A stretch of 64,000 bases of DNA from Diplonema japonicum (lineage: Eukaryota; Protista; Euglenozoa: Diplonemea), in the NCBI GenBank assembly GCA_964019335.1, contig OZ025694.1:372001-436000 (forward strand), in the 5' to 3' direction. Shown piece after piece: positions 45,501-56,617 of the stretch. Both the position numbers and the translations under genes were made by a program. How positions within the stretch are numbered: the stretch's first letter is position 1; each line of letters begins with the position of its first letter. A model generated the notes under the pieces. The model searched no databases. It was given only the letters and a program-made list of their open reading frames with translations, and was not told where the DNA came from.

Positions 45501-48500
45501 CGAACCTGAAGGACTACACATGTACTTGCGACAATGACCCGTCGACGAAGGCCACTGGTGCGCAGGCAACCTGTGAGCTCGATGAGTGTGCAGCTAGCCC
45601 CTGTAGCGCTGACCAAGAGTGCACTGACCCCAACATTAAATACAGTGCACAGCTTGATTACGTGTGCTCTTGCAAGTCCGATCCAAGCATCAAGAAGATA
45701 GGTACTTCAGCTACTTGTTCGAAGGATGAGTGTGCTTCGATGCCTTGCGGCGTGGGCCAGACTTGCAATGACGCGAATCCTACCATCAACAGTGTGAAGG
45801 ACTACACTTGCACTTGTGACAATGACCCTGCAACGAAAGCCACTGGTGCGAAGGCAACTTGCGAACTCGATGAGTGTACATCCAGCCCTTGTGGTGCCGA
45901 CCAGGACTGCACTGACCCCGACACGAAGTACAGTGCGCATCTTGATTACGAGTGTTCTTGCAAGGCTGATTCAAGCATCAAGAAGATAGGTACTACAGCC
46001 ACGTGTACAAAAGACGAGTGCGACACTATGCCCTGTGGCACTGGCCAGACCTGCAACGACCCAGTTCCCACGATCAACAGTGTGAAGGACTACACTTGCA
46101 CTTGTGACAACGACCCTGCAACGAAGGCCACTGGTGCGAAGGCAACCTGCGAACTTGACGAGTGTGCCAGTGCCCCGTGTGGTGCTGACCAGGAGTGCGC
46201 TGACCCAAACACGAAGTACAGCTCACAGCAAGACTTTGAGTGCTCTTGCAAGGTAGACAGCAGCATCAAGAAAATTGGTACCTCGGCCACTTGTTCGAAA
46301 GATGAATGCGATCCCATGCCTTGCGGAACTGGCCAGACTTGCAACGACCCAAGCCCCACGATCAACAGTGTGAAGGACTACACTTGCATTTGTGACAATG
46401 ACCCTGCTTCTAAGGCAACAGGTGCAAAGGCAACCTGTGAGATCGATGAGTGTATTGGGGACCCGTGTGGTGTCGACCAGTTGTGCACTGACCCAAACAC
46501 GAAATACAGCTCACAGCAAGACTTTGAGTGCTCTTGCAAGGATGATCAAAGTGTGAAGAAGATAGGTACCTCGGCCACTTGTTCGAAAGATGAGTGTGCT
46601 TCGATGCCTTGCGGCACTGGTCAGACTTGCGATGACCCCAGCCCCACGATCAACAGTGTGAAGGACTACACTTGCACTTGTGACAACGACCTTGCAACGA
46701 AGGCCACTGGTGCGAAGGCAACCTGTGAGCTCGATGAGTGTGCCTCTGACCCGTGTGGTGCCGACCAGGAGTGCACTGACCCAAACATGAAGTACAGCTC
46801 ACAATACGACTTCGAGTGCTCTTGCAAGGCTGATCCAAGCGTGAAGAAGATAGGTACTTCTGCAACCTGTTCGAAAGATGAGTGTTCTTCGATGCCATGT
46901 GGAACTGGCCAGACTTGCAATGACGCGAATCCTACCATCAACAGTGTGAAGGACTACACTTGCACTTGTGACAACGACCCTGCAACGAAGGCCACTGGTG
47001 CAAAGGCAACCTGTGAGCTTGATGAGTGTACTCTTACTGTAAGTCCGTGTGGTGCTGACCAAGAATGCACTGACCCAAACACGAAGTACAGCTCACAGCA
47101 AGACTTTGAGTGCTCTTGCAAGGCCGATACAAGCATCAAGAAAATTGGTACCTCAGCTACTTGCACAAAGGACGAGTGTATCTCTATGCCTTGTGGAACT
47201 GGTCAGACGTGCAACGATCCAAGTACGACGATCAACAGTGTGAAGGACTACACTTGCACTTGTGACAATGACTCTGCAACGAAGGCCACTGGTGCGAAGG
47301 CAACCTGCGAACTCGACGAGTGTGCCTCTGGCCCGTGTGGTGCCGACCAGGAGTGCACTGACCCAAACATGAAGTACAGCTCACAATACGACTTCGAGTG
47401 CTCTTGCAAGGCTGATCCAAGCATCAAGAAGATAGGTGCCTCGGCCACTTGTTCGAAAGATGAGTGTTCTTCGATGCCATGTGGAACTGGCCAGACTTGC
47501 AATGACCCCAACCCCACGATCAACAGTGTGAAGGACTACACTTGCACTTGTGACAATGACCCTGCATCCAAGGCTACTGGTGCAACGGCAACCTGCGAAC
47601 TCGATGAGTGTACCAGTGCCCCGTGCGGTGTTGACCAGGACTGCACTGACCCAAATATCAAATACAGTGCGCATCTTGATTACGAGTGTTCTTGCAAGGC
47701 TGATCCAAGCATCAAGAAGATAGGTACTGCAGCCACGTGCACAAAAGACGAGTGCGACACTATGCCCTGTGGCACTGGCCAGACCTGCAACGACCCAGTT
47801 CCCACGATCAACAGTGTGAAGGACTACACTTGCACTTGTGACAACGACCCTGCAACGAAGGCCACTGGTGCGAAGGCAACTTGTGAGCTTGATGAATGCG
47901 CAAGCAATCCATGTGGCAATGGTCAAGACTGCACTGATCCAAACACGAAGTACAGCTCGCAGTTCGACTTTAGTTGCTCTTGCCAGACCGACGGCAGCAT
48001 AGTAAAAATAGGAGCAGCTGCAACCTGTGAGCGTGACGAGTGCACACCGACGCCATGCGGCGTGCAGCAAACATGTGTTGACCCCAATACGTCTCCGAAG
48101 AGCCTGAAGGACTACGTGTGTACTTGCAGCGGCGACCCGAGTACAACAGCTACGGGGACGCAGGCAATTTGTGAGCATGATGAGTGCGCAGTGGTGCCTT
48201 GTGGTCCGGCCCAGTTGTGCACTGACGGTGACAAAAGGAAGAGCTCGACTTCCGACTTCACGTGTACGTGCATGAACGACATGGCCACTGTAAGCATAGG
48301 CAAGGCCTCAGTGTGTGTGATCGATGAATGTAGCCTCTCGCCGTGTGGTTCACAGGCATGTCTAGACCCCGACACGCGCGCGAGTAAAACAAGTGACTAT
48401 GTGTGTTCGTGCCCTGGTGGCATGCCAAGCAAGGTTGGCGGGATTGCGACCTGCAGCATGGGAAGTGTTGATGAGTGCACCACCAGTCCTTGCGGCCTGC

Positions 48501-51500
48501 AACAGTGCTCAGATCCTGACCAGCAGGCAACAAGCACTGGTGACTTCATCTGCTCGTGCCAAACGGGAACAGGAACTGCAACTGGTATGGCCGCCACCTG
48601 CGTCTTGGATGAGTGTCTCAGCAGTCCATGCGGCAGTCAGGTTTGCACTGACACCAACACTGACGCTGCTGCTTTGAGCGACTTCATTTGTTCATGCCAA
48701 GCACCTTCCACAGGGACTGCAACAGGAACGCTGGCGGTGTGTATGCTAGACGAGTGCCTTGCATCACCTTGCAAGGCTGCGCAGACCTGTGCCGACCCGG
48801 ACACATCGTCTTCTATGTTGCATGACTTCACCTGCACATGCAACAACGGTGTTAAGGCAACCGGAGGCAGTGCCACGTGTGAACTAGATGAATGTGCTGC
48901 TGACCCCTGCGGTGCTGGGCAGCGATGCTACGATCCCGATAAGATGTACACACAGCAGCATGACTATGTGTGCACATGCATCTCAGATGCCACAAGAACC
49001 CAAATAGATGCGCCTGCGCTGTGCTCTGTCGATGAGTGTGCTTCCAGCCCTTGTGCCGCTGGTCAGTCGTGTGTTGACCCTGACCATGGCACGAATATGC
49101 TCAAGGATTACACCTGTACGTGTGTCAATGGTGTGAAGGCCACGGGTGGCAGTGCGACGTGTGAACTGGACGAGTGTGCTGTCAGCCCATGCGCAATGGG
49201 GCAGACGTGCAGCGACCCGAACACAAGTTACATTGCTCAGCATGATTTTAAGTGCACCTGTGACAGCGACCTTACCGCGTTTCAAATCGCTGGTCCTGCG
49301 CAGTGCATCTACGATGAGTGCTCGAACTCCGTTTGTGGCACTGGACAAGTTTGTCTTGATCTGAATGTGTCAAAGCACTCTCTGAAGGACTTCACCTGTA
49401 CTTGTGCCAATGGCGTAAAAGCCACTGGTGGTGCTGCCACGTGTGAAATTGACGAGTGCACGAGCATCCCTTGTGGTGCTGGACAGACCTGCTATGACCC
49501 TGACACCAGGTACAACATGCAACACGACTACACGTGCACCTGTGACAGTGACTCGAGTATCACACAAGTTGACGGCCCTGCCACCTGTGAGAACGATGAG
49601 TGCAGCAGTAATATATGTGGGGCGGGCCAAATGTGCTTCGACCCCAGCAAGTCCCTTCGTTCTCTGAAGGACTTCACGTGCACATGTGCCAACGGTGTGA
49701 AGGCCACTGGTGGTGTTGCGACATGTGAAATTGACGAATGCATCACTGATCCTTGTGGTGTCGGGCAGACCTGCAGTGACCCTGACAAGAGGTACAACAT
49801 GCAGCACGACTACACGTGTTCCTGCATTCCCGACTCGAGCATCACACAAGTTGATGGTCCCGCCCTTTGTGAGAACGATGAGTGTAGCAAGAACGTGTGT
49901 GGGACAGGCCAGACGTGTTTGGACTTAAACACCTCGACTCACTCTCTGAAGGACTTCACTTGCCTTTGTGCCAATGGCGTGAAGGCCACTGGTGGCATTG
50001 CAACGTGCGAGTTCGATGAGTGCACGAACAGCCCTTGCGATGCTGGGCAGACCTGCAACGACCCTGACATCAGGTACAACATGCAACACGATTTCACATG
50101 CACCTGTGACAGTGATTCGAGTATCACACAAGTTGACGGCCCTGCCACTTGTGAGAACGACGAGTGCAGAAATGACATATGTGGAGCAGTCCAAGTGTGC
50201 TTTGACCCCAATAAGTCCCTTCGTTCTCTGAAGGACTTCACGTGCACATGTGCCAACGGTGTGAAGGCCACTGGTGGTGTAGCGACGTGCGAGATTGATG
50301 AGTGCGCAACGAATCCTTGTGGTGTCGGGCAGACCTGCAGTGACCCTGACAAGAGGTACAACATGCAGCACGACTACACGTGTTCCTGCATTCCCGACTC
50401 GAGCATCACACAAGTTGATGGTCCCGCCCTTTGTGAGAACGATGAGTGTAGCAAGAACGTGTGTGGGACAGGCCAGACGTGTTTGGACTTAAACACCTCG
50501 ACTCACTCTCTGAAGGACTTCACTTGCCTTTGTGCCAATGGCGTGAAGGCCACTGGTGGCATTGCAACGTGCGAGTTCGATGAGTGCACGAACAGCCCTT
50601 GCGATGCTGGGCAGACCTGCAACGACCCTGACATCAGGTACAACATGCAACACGATTTCACATGCACCTGTGACAGTGACTCGAGCATCAAGCAGGTTGA
50701 CGGCCCTGCCACTTGTGAGAACGACGAGTGCAGAAATGACATATGTGGAGCAGTCCAAGTGTGCTTTGACCCCAATAAGTCCCTTCGTTCTCTGAAGGAC
50801 TTCACGTGCACATGTGCCAACGGTGTGAAGGCCACTGGTGGTGTAGCGACGTGCGAGGTTGATGAGTGCGAAGCGAATCCTTGTGGTGTCGGGCAGACCT
50901 GCAACGATCCCGACAAGAAGTACAACATGCAACACGACTACACGTGCTCTTGTGACAGTGACGCAGCACTGTTCCAGATCGACGGCCCTGCCACGTGCTC
51001 ATATGACGAGTGCCAGGTTATAGGCTGTTCGACGGGCCAAGCGTGCAGGGACGAGAACATTTCCCGCCACTCTTTGAAGGACTTCACGTGCACGTGTGCC
51101 AACGGGGTGCGCGCAACAGGCGGGGATGCTACATGCGAACTGGACGAGTGCGACACAGCCCCCTGTGGCCCACAGCAGACATGTGACGACCCTGACCTGA
51201 GGTACACCGCGAGGCATGATTATATATGCAGCTGTGCAAATGAGACGGGCGTGAAGATAGGAGCGCCTGCAGTGTGTGAGCTGGACGAGTGCGTGAGTGC
51301 CCCGTGTGGGGATAGCCAGGTGTGCGAAGACCTTGATACGTCGATGAAAAGCTTGAAGGACTACGTCTGCACGTGCTCAAACGGCGTTAGTGCTGCAGGC
51401 GGGCAGGCGACCTGCGAGTACGACGAGTGCGCCATGCAGCCCTACCCGTGCGGCAACCCTGCACAACAGGAGTGCATCGACAGCAATACGTCCTACGTCT

Positions 51501-52030
51501 CTCGTCATGACTTCAAATGCATCTGCCGAGATGTCAACAGACAGCAAGTAGACGGCCCTGCTATGTGCTCAAAGAACGAATGCGAGGCGGCGCCTTGCGG
51601 CAAAGGGCAAGCGTGCATCGATCCAGTGCAGAGCTGGGAAAGCTTGAAGGACTTCACGTGCACGTGCAGCAACGGTGTGAAGGCGACGGGCGCTCCGGCA
51701 ACATGCTCGGAAAGCGTAGCCAACGAAACCTCCTCTGCCCCAGTACCTGGTGCCGGTGGTGTCCCGGAGGATAAATCGGACGCAGCAGAGGGTACCAACG
51801 ACGGTGACGGTGACGGTGACGGTGACCTGTGGTGGCTTGTTTATCTGTTGATCGCTGTGCTCGGTTTCATAATTCTCGCAGGATGCATTGTCATGGCCTT
51901 CATCTACAGCAGGAGAAGAAGCAAGCAGATTGACATTGGCACCTTCAACCAGGTGATTGCAGAGCAGGAGGCCGAGATGAGGTATGGTTCTCAGAACTCC
52001 GCGCTGGGCATGCAGTATAACCAAATTTAG
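42593..52030 (+). CDS. 3145-aa type-I membrane adhesin/receptor: signal peptide, Cys-rich N-terminal region with about four PAN/apple-like modules, ~46 tandem six-Cys EGF-like repeats, TM, short tail
   Basis: Signal MELPLGAFLVVLVLCNCGVVKA; PAN-like C...C......C..F/WT(Y/F/W) motifs; repeat DECxxxPCGxxQxCxDPx8D(Y/F)xCxC...GxxAxC; TM WWLVYLLIAVLGFIILAGCIVMAFIY then RRR; ends YNQI. Confidence 0.92.
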   Translation: MELPLGAFLVVLVLCNCGVVKADIYNNRDCRDWGPPQNKAEYPKWPYCNRRPGDGNTRYKFLTDAMPPADLPPYKCGKGLVLRHDADGIVCANYVLGDDYAGPCNDPTCCVKEVCTTYKCPKNWVLKPTADQISCLFGCGEDICCDPVKPVPKMNPAGLIFVDQDPKRFSFGGKVTILRAPDETDITEYRVYWGYSNMVRKVPSCGLKNPVSWNNVKWRSDKLLKKVKATGCDITFEIPMGTKPPPRDNTCTIMTDRQDRTTAGTDPCNPHYLIVAAWNENGEKPVMATNEQQVGPRHPISDYEEEFNLPCAEGGITMGHDIPAENDVVLGAWNSVETPADCAKLCREYSGPKGPCRYWTWAYPNKGRTAKTCWMESQILQKTHYGVRVVGPAVCPTRDGEKPTGKERPRCNRWIRKANQAPFANENNGRNKWIDKGHHWVQKPNLPDVPLGPYQNAEECQAICDMDMLCIGFTYMKRDVSDKWFHRCFMIRQDIGFKSNVFYDSWMCSREGMAPLLYGYTMNGNPFGYMKCSQAPSAEQQAKDVDCCAALCDADASCASFTFWADKKCQLFTSCTLQKVNKVEGCSYESCFDGYGAASYTKDTARMMSIVDKWPQAGGDGGLPITVQTNGGMDGVEVTCVAWREGKPVRPAVPTTALAIKAQASLSASYATGIVKDNLAEMLLTREEAAAWLDDGQKYTVRCSVDDPQPLGLPTYIDQTVESNFVKGFVLVGAGYCKTTSCSKAKAFVPKNAPYTLAACRKECVDHGTECTAFWYRNSDGWCHIKIDGCNYDKVKNDASVQCFRSATEPNPFVPGTDICEKSCTGTCAVKRQLGVYDRDSFIPLRQVCDESDECATGPCGMGQTCNDPNTAPSSLNDYVCSCDADPSVQATGAAAMCTVDECATSPCGAEQECNDPDMSNSSQHDYICTCKSDTSLTKVDGPAVCSKDECATSPCGTGQTCSDLTQGVANLKDYTCTCDNDPSTKATGAQATCELDECAASPCSADQECTDPNIKYSAQLDYVCSCKSDPSIKKIGTSATCSKDECASMPCGVGQTCNDANPTINSVKDYTCTCDNDPATKATGAKATCELDECTSSPCGADQDCTDPDTKYSAHLDYECSCKADSSIKKIGTTATCTKDECDTMPCGTGQTCNDPVPTINSVKDYTCTCDNDPATKATGAKATCELDECASAPCGADQECADPNTKYSSQQDFECSCKVDSSIKKIGTSATCSKDECDPMPCGTGQTCNDPSPTINSVKDYTCICDNDPASKATGAKATCEIDECIGDPCGVDQLCTDPNTKYSSQQDFECSCKDDQSVKKIGTSATCSKDECASMPCGTGQTCDDPSPTINSVKDYTCTCDNDLATKATGAKATCELDECASDPCGADQECTDPNMKYSSQYDFECSCKADPSVKKIGTSATCSKDECSSMPCGTGQTCNDANPTINSVKDYTCTCDNDPATKATGAKATCELDECTLTVSPCGADQECTDPNTKYSSQQDFECSCKADTSIKKIGTSATCTKDECISMPCGTGQTCNDPSTTINSVKDYTCTCDNDSATKATGAKATCELDECASGPCGADQECTDPNMKYSSQYDFECSCKADPSIKKIGASATCSKDECSSMPCGTGQTCNDPNPTINSVKDYTCTCDNDPASKATGATATCELDECTSAPCGVDQDCTDPNIKYSAHLDYECSCKADPSIKKIGTAATCTKDECDTMPCGTGQTCNDPVPTINSVKDYTCTCDNDPATKATGAKATCELDECASNPCGNGQDCTDPNTKYSSQFDFSCSCQTDGSIVKIGAAATCERDECTPTPCGVQQTCVDPNTSPKSLKDYVCTCSGDPSTTATGTQAICEHDECAVVPCGPAQLCTDGDKRKSSTSDFTCTCMNDMATVSIGKASVCVIDECSLSPCGSQACLDPDTRASKTSDYVCSCPGGMPSKVGGIATCSMGSVDECTTSPCGLQQCSDPDQQATSTGDFICSCQTGTGTATGMAATCVLDECLSSPCGSQVCTDTNTDAAALSDFICSCQAPSTGTATGTLAVCMLDECLASPCKAAQTCADPDTSSSMLHDFTCTCNNGVKATGGSATCELDECAADPCGAGQRCYDPDKMYTQQHDYVCTCISDATRTQIDAPALCSVDECASSPCAAGQSCVDPDHGTNMLKDYTCTCVNGVKATGGSATCELDECAVSPCAMGQTCSDPNTSYIAQHDFKCTCDSDLTAFQIAGPAQCIYDECSNSVCGTGQVCLDLNVSKHSLKDFTCTCANGVKATGGAATCEIDECTSIPCGAGQTCYDPDTRYNMQHDYTCTCDSDSSITQVDGPATCENDECSSNICGAGQMCFDPSKSLRSLKDFTCTCANGVKATGGVATCEIDECITDPCGVGQTCSDPDKRYNMQHDYTCSCIPDSSITQVDGPALCENDECSKNVCGTGQTCLDLNTSTHSLKDFTCLCANGVKATGGIATCEFDECTNSPCDAGQTCNDPDIRYNMQHDFTCTCDSDSSITQVDGPATCENDECRNDICGAVQVCFDPNKSLRSLKDFTCTCANGVKATGGVATCEIDECATNPCGVGQTCSDPDKRYNMQHDYTCSCIPDSSITQVDGPALCENDECSKNVCGTGQTCLDLNTSTHSLKDFTCLCANGVKATGGIATCEFDECTNSPCDAGQTCNDPDIRYNMQHDFTCTCDSDSSIKQVDGPATCENDECRNDICGAVQVCFDPNKSLRSLKDFTCTCANGVKATGGVATCEVDECEANPCGVGQTCNDPDKKYNMQHDYTCSCDSDAALFQIDGPATCSYDECQVIGCSTGQACRDENISRHSLKDFTCTCANGVRATGGDATCELDECDTAPCGPQQTCDDPDLRYTARHDYICSCANETGVKIGAPAVCELDECVSAPCGDSQVCEDLDTSMKSLKDYVCTCSNGVSAAGGQATCEYDECAMQPYPCGNPAQQECIDSNTSYVSRHDFKCICRDVNRQQVDGPAMCSKNECEAAPCGKGQACIDPVQSWESLKDFTCTCSNGVKATGAPATCSESVANETSSAPVPGAGGVPEDKSDAAEGTNDGDGDGDGDLWWLVYLLIAVLGFIILAGCIVMAFIYSRRRSKQIDIGTFNQVIAEQEAEMRYGSQNSALGMQYNQI
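45148..51707 (+). repeat. EGF-like repeat array (46-48 aa units) with 288-nt dimer and 564-nt tetramer higher-order periods
   Basis: Alternating A/B units with 288-nt period at ~45700-47900; near-exact 564-nt duplication (e.g. 49939/50503, 49992/50556). Confidence 0.9.
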
Positions 52031-52699
52031 TCTTTTTGTTTCACTTCCCCTCTTCTCTTCTCCCCCCCCCCCCCCCCCCTACAACTACAGTTATTTACTT
52101 TTTACACCATTCTTGTAATTTTGCAATACCTCCCCGTTACCTCTCTTATCAAAAAAAGATGCCAATTTTTTAGAAGGAAAAACGAGAAAAGAAAAAAAAA
52201 AGGTTTTATAAAGGGTAATGGACAGTGGTGCGCCGTAGGTTCAAGAGAGCGCGCCAGTCCTTCTTTCCACCCCCTTCACCTTTTTTTTTTATTTGTTTCC
52301 ACCCTCAATTTATTTACACTCACATCTCTAAAGGCCGAAGTACTTAGGTAGCTGGGCCTCTTATCTTCCCCCCCCCTTTGGCTGTAGTTTGTCTCATGCG
52401 GACCCTACGATTCTGCAAAGAATAAAATAGCCTAACTTCTACTACTCTACTTCCTCTTTCTTTCTCTTTCCACTATTCTTAATTCTTTTACCCCGTGCAA
52501 GCTCTGCACGGAGCCAAAGGTAGCCCATGGTGAGATATAAATTTGGGTTTCTTTTTTATTTCTTTTCTAACTTGAACAGAACGCTAGCCTTTTGGGTCTT
52601 AGTGGTTTACATAGTTTTGCCACAACCCAGACCTCTTGCGTAGATAAGCACCAAAGGTAAAAAAGAGAAAAGCTTTAGTGGGCTCTTTTTTTTTCTTTT

Positions 52700-52897
52700 T
52701 GCATGAACAGGAAAAACAGTATATTGATAATAAATTGTTAGTGCTAAAAAGAGTAGTGGTAGCATTGTTGGGCTTATCCTTCTACAGGTTAACCCCCGGC
52801 TGTGCACAAACAACAATCAACCAACTCTTTTTTTCAAGAGATAGATTGAGCAACTTCAGGCGTCCTGCCACTTACTGCAGGTACCCTTAAATGTCTC
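52700..52897 (+). mobile_element. Family C copy (52700-52830) directly followed by family D (52834-52897)
   Basis: Family D CAAGAGATAGATTGAG..CTTCAGGCGTCCTGCCACTTAC.GCAGGTACCCTTAAATGTCTC + poly-T recurs at 58114-58177. Confidence 0.75.
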
Positions 52898-53017
52898 TTT
52901 TTTTTTTTTCTTTTTTTTTTTAAATTTTTTTTTTCCCCTCTCCAGAGAAAGAACACCGAACGAAAAAAGAAAATGAATCAGAACAGAAGGAAAAAAAAGA
53001 ATGGTGAAAAATAAACG

Positions 53018-53052
<35 letters not shown>

Positions 53053-53238
53053 GTCGTCATTGTTTACTCTCTCTCTCTTTTTTTTTTTTTACACCATTTT
53101 TCTCCCTCTCTATCTTTCTCGTTACTTAACACAATCCATCTTCTTGCTTCGTGCGTTTTTATATTTGAATTTTTAAAACTTTCCCTTTTTTTTGTCCCCC
53201 CCCCCTCACCATCATTTCTTTCGCAGGCATCTTTCAAC

Positions 53239-56200
53239 ATGCACACATCGCACCTCGTCCTCCTGGTGTGGATAGCAACATTAACAAGCGCTGAGGTCAT
53301 TGAGCTTAGGTTCACCACGAACACGTTCAGATGGAGTGAGTCAGGACACAGCTTCACGCCGACTGTGCACGCATCCTCAGGGGCGACCTGTGTTGCAGGG
53401 AGAGTCCACAGCCCTGATGGCGGCGATGTACACACTGTGACAGCCTCATGCCCCTTCGCATCGAAGGACTTAACCAGAGTTACCGTACCGGCACCAGGGG
53501 GGAACGGGTGGGCCATTCTTGTACTCGAGATCAAATTCAATGGAGCATGGTCGCCACTATGGGCCGTGAACCTCTCCCCACCACACGTGTCCACTTGGGT
53601 GGATGATGACGATCGCGAGCCACAGTACAAGGTCGGGATATGGGAAAGGCCTCTTATGGTGTTCAAGGCAGTCACAAAGACAAGCAGTGATGCTGGATCG
53701 GATTCAACATTCGTACCATATTTCCTGTCGCCGTCTGGGCAGTCTTGCAAGGGAACCTCCATCGTCTCCCCAAACAAGGGCGCCACCTATTGGAGTGCTG
53801 CGGCGTGCTTCACAGATTTGAGCCACGTTGAGATCCCCTCCCCGGGCAACGATGCATGGATCATTGAGTCTGTCCACCAAGCAGAGGGCACGGACACCCT
53901 TCAGCAGCTCGTCGCCATCAACGAGGTGCCACCCACATTGTCACCCTTCATCGATGGTGACTCTGGCCAGCAGTTCAAACGAGCTGTCCTGCGACCTGTC
54001 GTGTTCAAGGTGCGCATTGTCACAGAGAGCTTTTCTTCCTCCGAATCATCACACACTTTTGAGCCGCTATTCATCTCCAATACGGGAACTATCTGCCCGG
54101 GTACAGGCATTGCCTCCCCAGGGAGAGGGAGCAGCATCTGGTCATACGGTGCATGCACCTTCCCTGTGAGCGAGCTGGACCGTGTGGAGATCTCGAACAA
54201 GGGGGACGACGGGTGGGACATTAACTCACTCTTCGTTGAGATAGCACCAGGCATTCAGATTCAGTGGTGGGCTGTGAACGAGTCCCCTCCGAAGTACAGC
54301 ACGACAGTGGACGGCGACGGGGCCTCCCGCCACCGCAAGTGCATCTACAAGGTTCCTGATACTGAGGCACCGGACACTGATGCTCCTACTCCACTTCCTA
54401 CTCCTGTCCCGACTCCAGTCCCGACACCTGTCCCTACGCCAATCCCGACACCTATTCCAACACCAATCCCGACACCTGTCCCTACGCCAATCCCAACGCC
54501 CGTCCCGACACCTATTCCGACACCAGTCCCTACACCTATTCCGACACCAATCCCGACACCTGTCCCGACTCCCGTCCCGACACCTGTTCCAACACCAGTC
54601 CCTACACCTATTCCGACACCTATTCCAACACCTGTCCCGACTCCCGTCCCGACACCTGTTCCTACGCCAATCCCGACACCAGTCCCTACACCTGTTCCAA
54701 CACCAATCCCAACCCCTGTTCCTACACCAGTCCCAACACCTATTCCGACTCCTGTCCCTACACCTGTTCCTACGCCTGTCCCGACACCTGTTCCAACGCC
54801 CGTCCCGACACCTATTCCGACACCTGTTCCAACACCTGTCCCTACTCCAGTCCCAACACCAATCCCGACTCCTGTCCCAACACCTGTCCCTACGCCCGTC
54901 CCAACACCTGTTCCGACCCCTGTCCCCACCCCACTGTACTACATGGGGTGCTTCGTGGACGACGATGTGGACATGAGGGTGCTGGGGCACAAGGAGTCTG
55001 ACTCCGAGATGCTTACTACAGCCTCTTGCGTGGCGCGGTGCGAGGCGGCGGGGTACCCTTTTGCTGGGACGGAGTACTCTGTGGAGTGCTACTGCGGGGC
55101 GTTCGTTCCTCCGGTGACGGCCCCCGAGAAGGAGTGCGACATGGAGTGCAGCGGTGACGCTGGGGAGGTGTGCGGCGGGGTGCACCGGCTTTCCGTGTAC
55201 AAGGTGAAGGAGAAGGCGACGCCGGCTCCGGTGACAGAGGCGCCCGCCTCGCACACGGGGGGCTACAAGGGCTGCTTCGTGGATGTGATCTCTGACCGGG
55301 AGCTTCCGGTGCGGATGCCCGACTCGGATGCGATGACGGTGGAGACGTGCAAGGCGCTGTGCTTGGGGGAGGGGTACACTTTTGCAGGGGCGCAGTTCGC
55401 ACAGGAGTGCTTCTGCGGAGGGGTGCTGCCCGCGGGGGTGGCTCCCGAGCGGGAGTGCGACATGGGCTGCGCCGGGGACGCGGCGGTGATGTGCGGCGGG
55501 TCTCTTCGGCTGTCCGTGTACGCGACGAGCGAGAGGAGCACAGAGGCACCGGACACGGTGGCACCTGCGAAGCTTCCCCCTCCGCCGCCGCGCGCCCCGA
55601 ACTACCTGGGGTGCTATGCTGACGAGGTGGGGCAGGGGCGGCTGCTGAAGTCTCTGGTGGGGGACGAGCCCTCCAAGATGTCGCTCCAGCTGTGCATGAA
55701 GGCTTGTGAGGGGAGCTTCTTCGCGTTCGCGGGACTGCAGTTCGGGCGGGAGTGCTGGTGCGGGAACACGAAACCGGCGGACGGGTCGAGGCTGGCGGAC
55801 GACGCGCAGTGCGACATGCCGTGTTCGGGGCAGAGGGGGGCGATGTGTGGCGGGGTGGGAAAGCTTAGTTTGTATGAGAGCGTGAGGAAGGAAGAGCCCA
55901 AGGTGTACCTGGGGTGCTTCAAGGACGAGCCGGGGGCGAGGAGGCTTCCAAAGATGATCCACGCGGACGGGAAAGGGATGACTGTCGGGGTGTGTGTGGA
56001 GCGGTGCCGGGCGGCGGGGTACCGCTTCGCGGGGCTTCAGTTCGCGCGGGAGTGCTTCTGTGGGAACGGGGGCCCCGGGGTGGCTGTCCCGAACAGCGAC
56101 TGCGACATGGAGTGCCCTGGGAACGAGCAGGAGCTGTGCGGGGCGGGGGGCCGGAACTCCGTGTACCTGGCGGCACCACCAACACCAACACCTGCTGTCC

Positions 56201-56502
56201 CTCCCCTGGAGCCTGCAGGGTGCTACACCGACACGCTGTCCCCGAGGACACTCCCCTTCATGGCCTTCGACAACGACAAGTACCTCACGGTGGAGCTCTG
56301 CATCGGGATCTGCGCAGCGGCCGGTTTCCCTTTCGCCGGCCTGCAGGACGGGAACCAGTGCTGGTGCGGCACCCTCCTTCCCCCCTCCTCCGCCCTCGTC
56401 TTCTCCACAGAGTGCTACGCACCCTGCAGCGGCAACCCCGCTCAACGCTGTGGTGGGCCCTGGAATAACTTGATTTATCCTACCTCAAGGTCTGAGATCT
56501 GA
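53239..56502 (+). CDS. Secreted protein: three PLAT/LH2-like beta-sandwich repeats, (PTP[V/I])n linker, five WSC carbohydrate-binding domains
   Basis: ATG 53239 after pyrimidine tract and TTCGCAG acceptor (53226); signal [18 protein letters not shown]; three ~115-aa repeats with G.(D/N)(G/A)W.I motif; five GC(F/Y).D...C...C...FAG.(Q/E)...(E/Q)C.CG...C...C.G.....CG WSC units; no TM. Confidence 0.9.
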   Translation: MHTSHLVLLVWIATLTSAEVIELRFTTNTFRWSESGHSFTPTVHASSGATCVAGRVHSPDGGDVHTVTASCPFASKDLTRVTVPAPGGNGWAILVLEIKFNGAWSPLWAVNLSPPHVSTWVDDDDREPQYKVGIWERPLMVFKAVTKTSSDAGSDSTFVPYFLSPSGQSCKGTSIVSPNKGATYWSAAACFTDLSHVEIPSPGNDAWIIESVHQAEGTDTLQQLVAINEVPPTLSPFIDGDSGQQFKRAVLRPVVFKVRIVTESFSSSESSHTFEPLFISNTGTICPGTGIASPGRGSSIWSYGACTFPVSELDRVEISNKGDDGWDINSLFVEIAPGIQIQWWAVNESPPKYSTTVDGDGASRHRKCIYKVPDTEAPDTDAPTPLPTPVPTPVPTPVPTPIPTPIPTPIPTPVPTPIPTPVPTPIPTPVPTPIPTPIPTPVPTPVPTPVPTPVPTPIPTPIPTPVPTPVPTPVPTPIPTPVPTPVPTPIPTPVPTPVPTPIPTPVPTPVPTPVPTPVPTPVPTPIPTPVPTPVPTPVPTPIPTPVPTPVPTPVPTPVPTPVPTPLYYMGCFVDDDVDMRVLGHKESDSEMLTTASCVARCEAAGYPFAGTEYSVECYCGAFVPPVTAPEKECDMECSGDAGEVCGGVHRLSVYKVKEKATPAPVTEAPASHTGGYKGCFVDVISDRELPVRMPDSDAMTVETCKALCLGEGYTFAGAQFAQECFCGGVLPAGVAPERECDMGCAGDAAVMCGGSLRLSVYATSERSTEAPDTVAPAKLPPPPPRAPNYLGCYADEVGQGRLLKSLVGDEPSKMSLQLCMKACEGSFFAFAGLQFGRECWCGNTKPADGSRLADDAQCDMPCSGQRGAMCGGVGKLSLYESVRKEEPKVYLGCFKDEPGARRLPKMIHADGKGMTVGVCVERCRAAGYRFAGLQFARECFCGNGGPGVAVPNSDCDMECPGNEQELCGAGGRNSVYLAAPPTPTPAVPPLEPAGCYTDTLSPRTLPFMAFDNDKYLTVELCIGICAAAGFPFAGLQDGNQCWCGTLLPPSSALVFSTECYAPCSGNPAQRCGGPWNNLIYPTSRSEI
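54385..54933 (+). repeat. 12-nt coding tandem repeat, ~45 units of PTP(V/I)
   Basis: Direct inspection of the translation. Confidence 0.95.
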
Positions 56503-56617
56503 GGTTGGCTTCTTTTTGTTTCTTTTTTTATCTTCCTCAAATTTCTTTCTGCTGAACGCGAGCTTTGACTTGTGCGGCGTCGAACATGGTAACCCTTTGA
56601 AACGAGAAATAAATATC

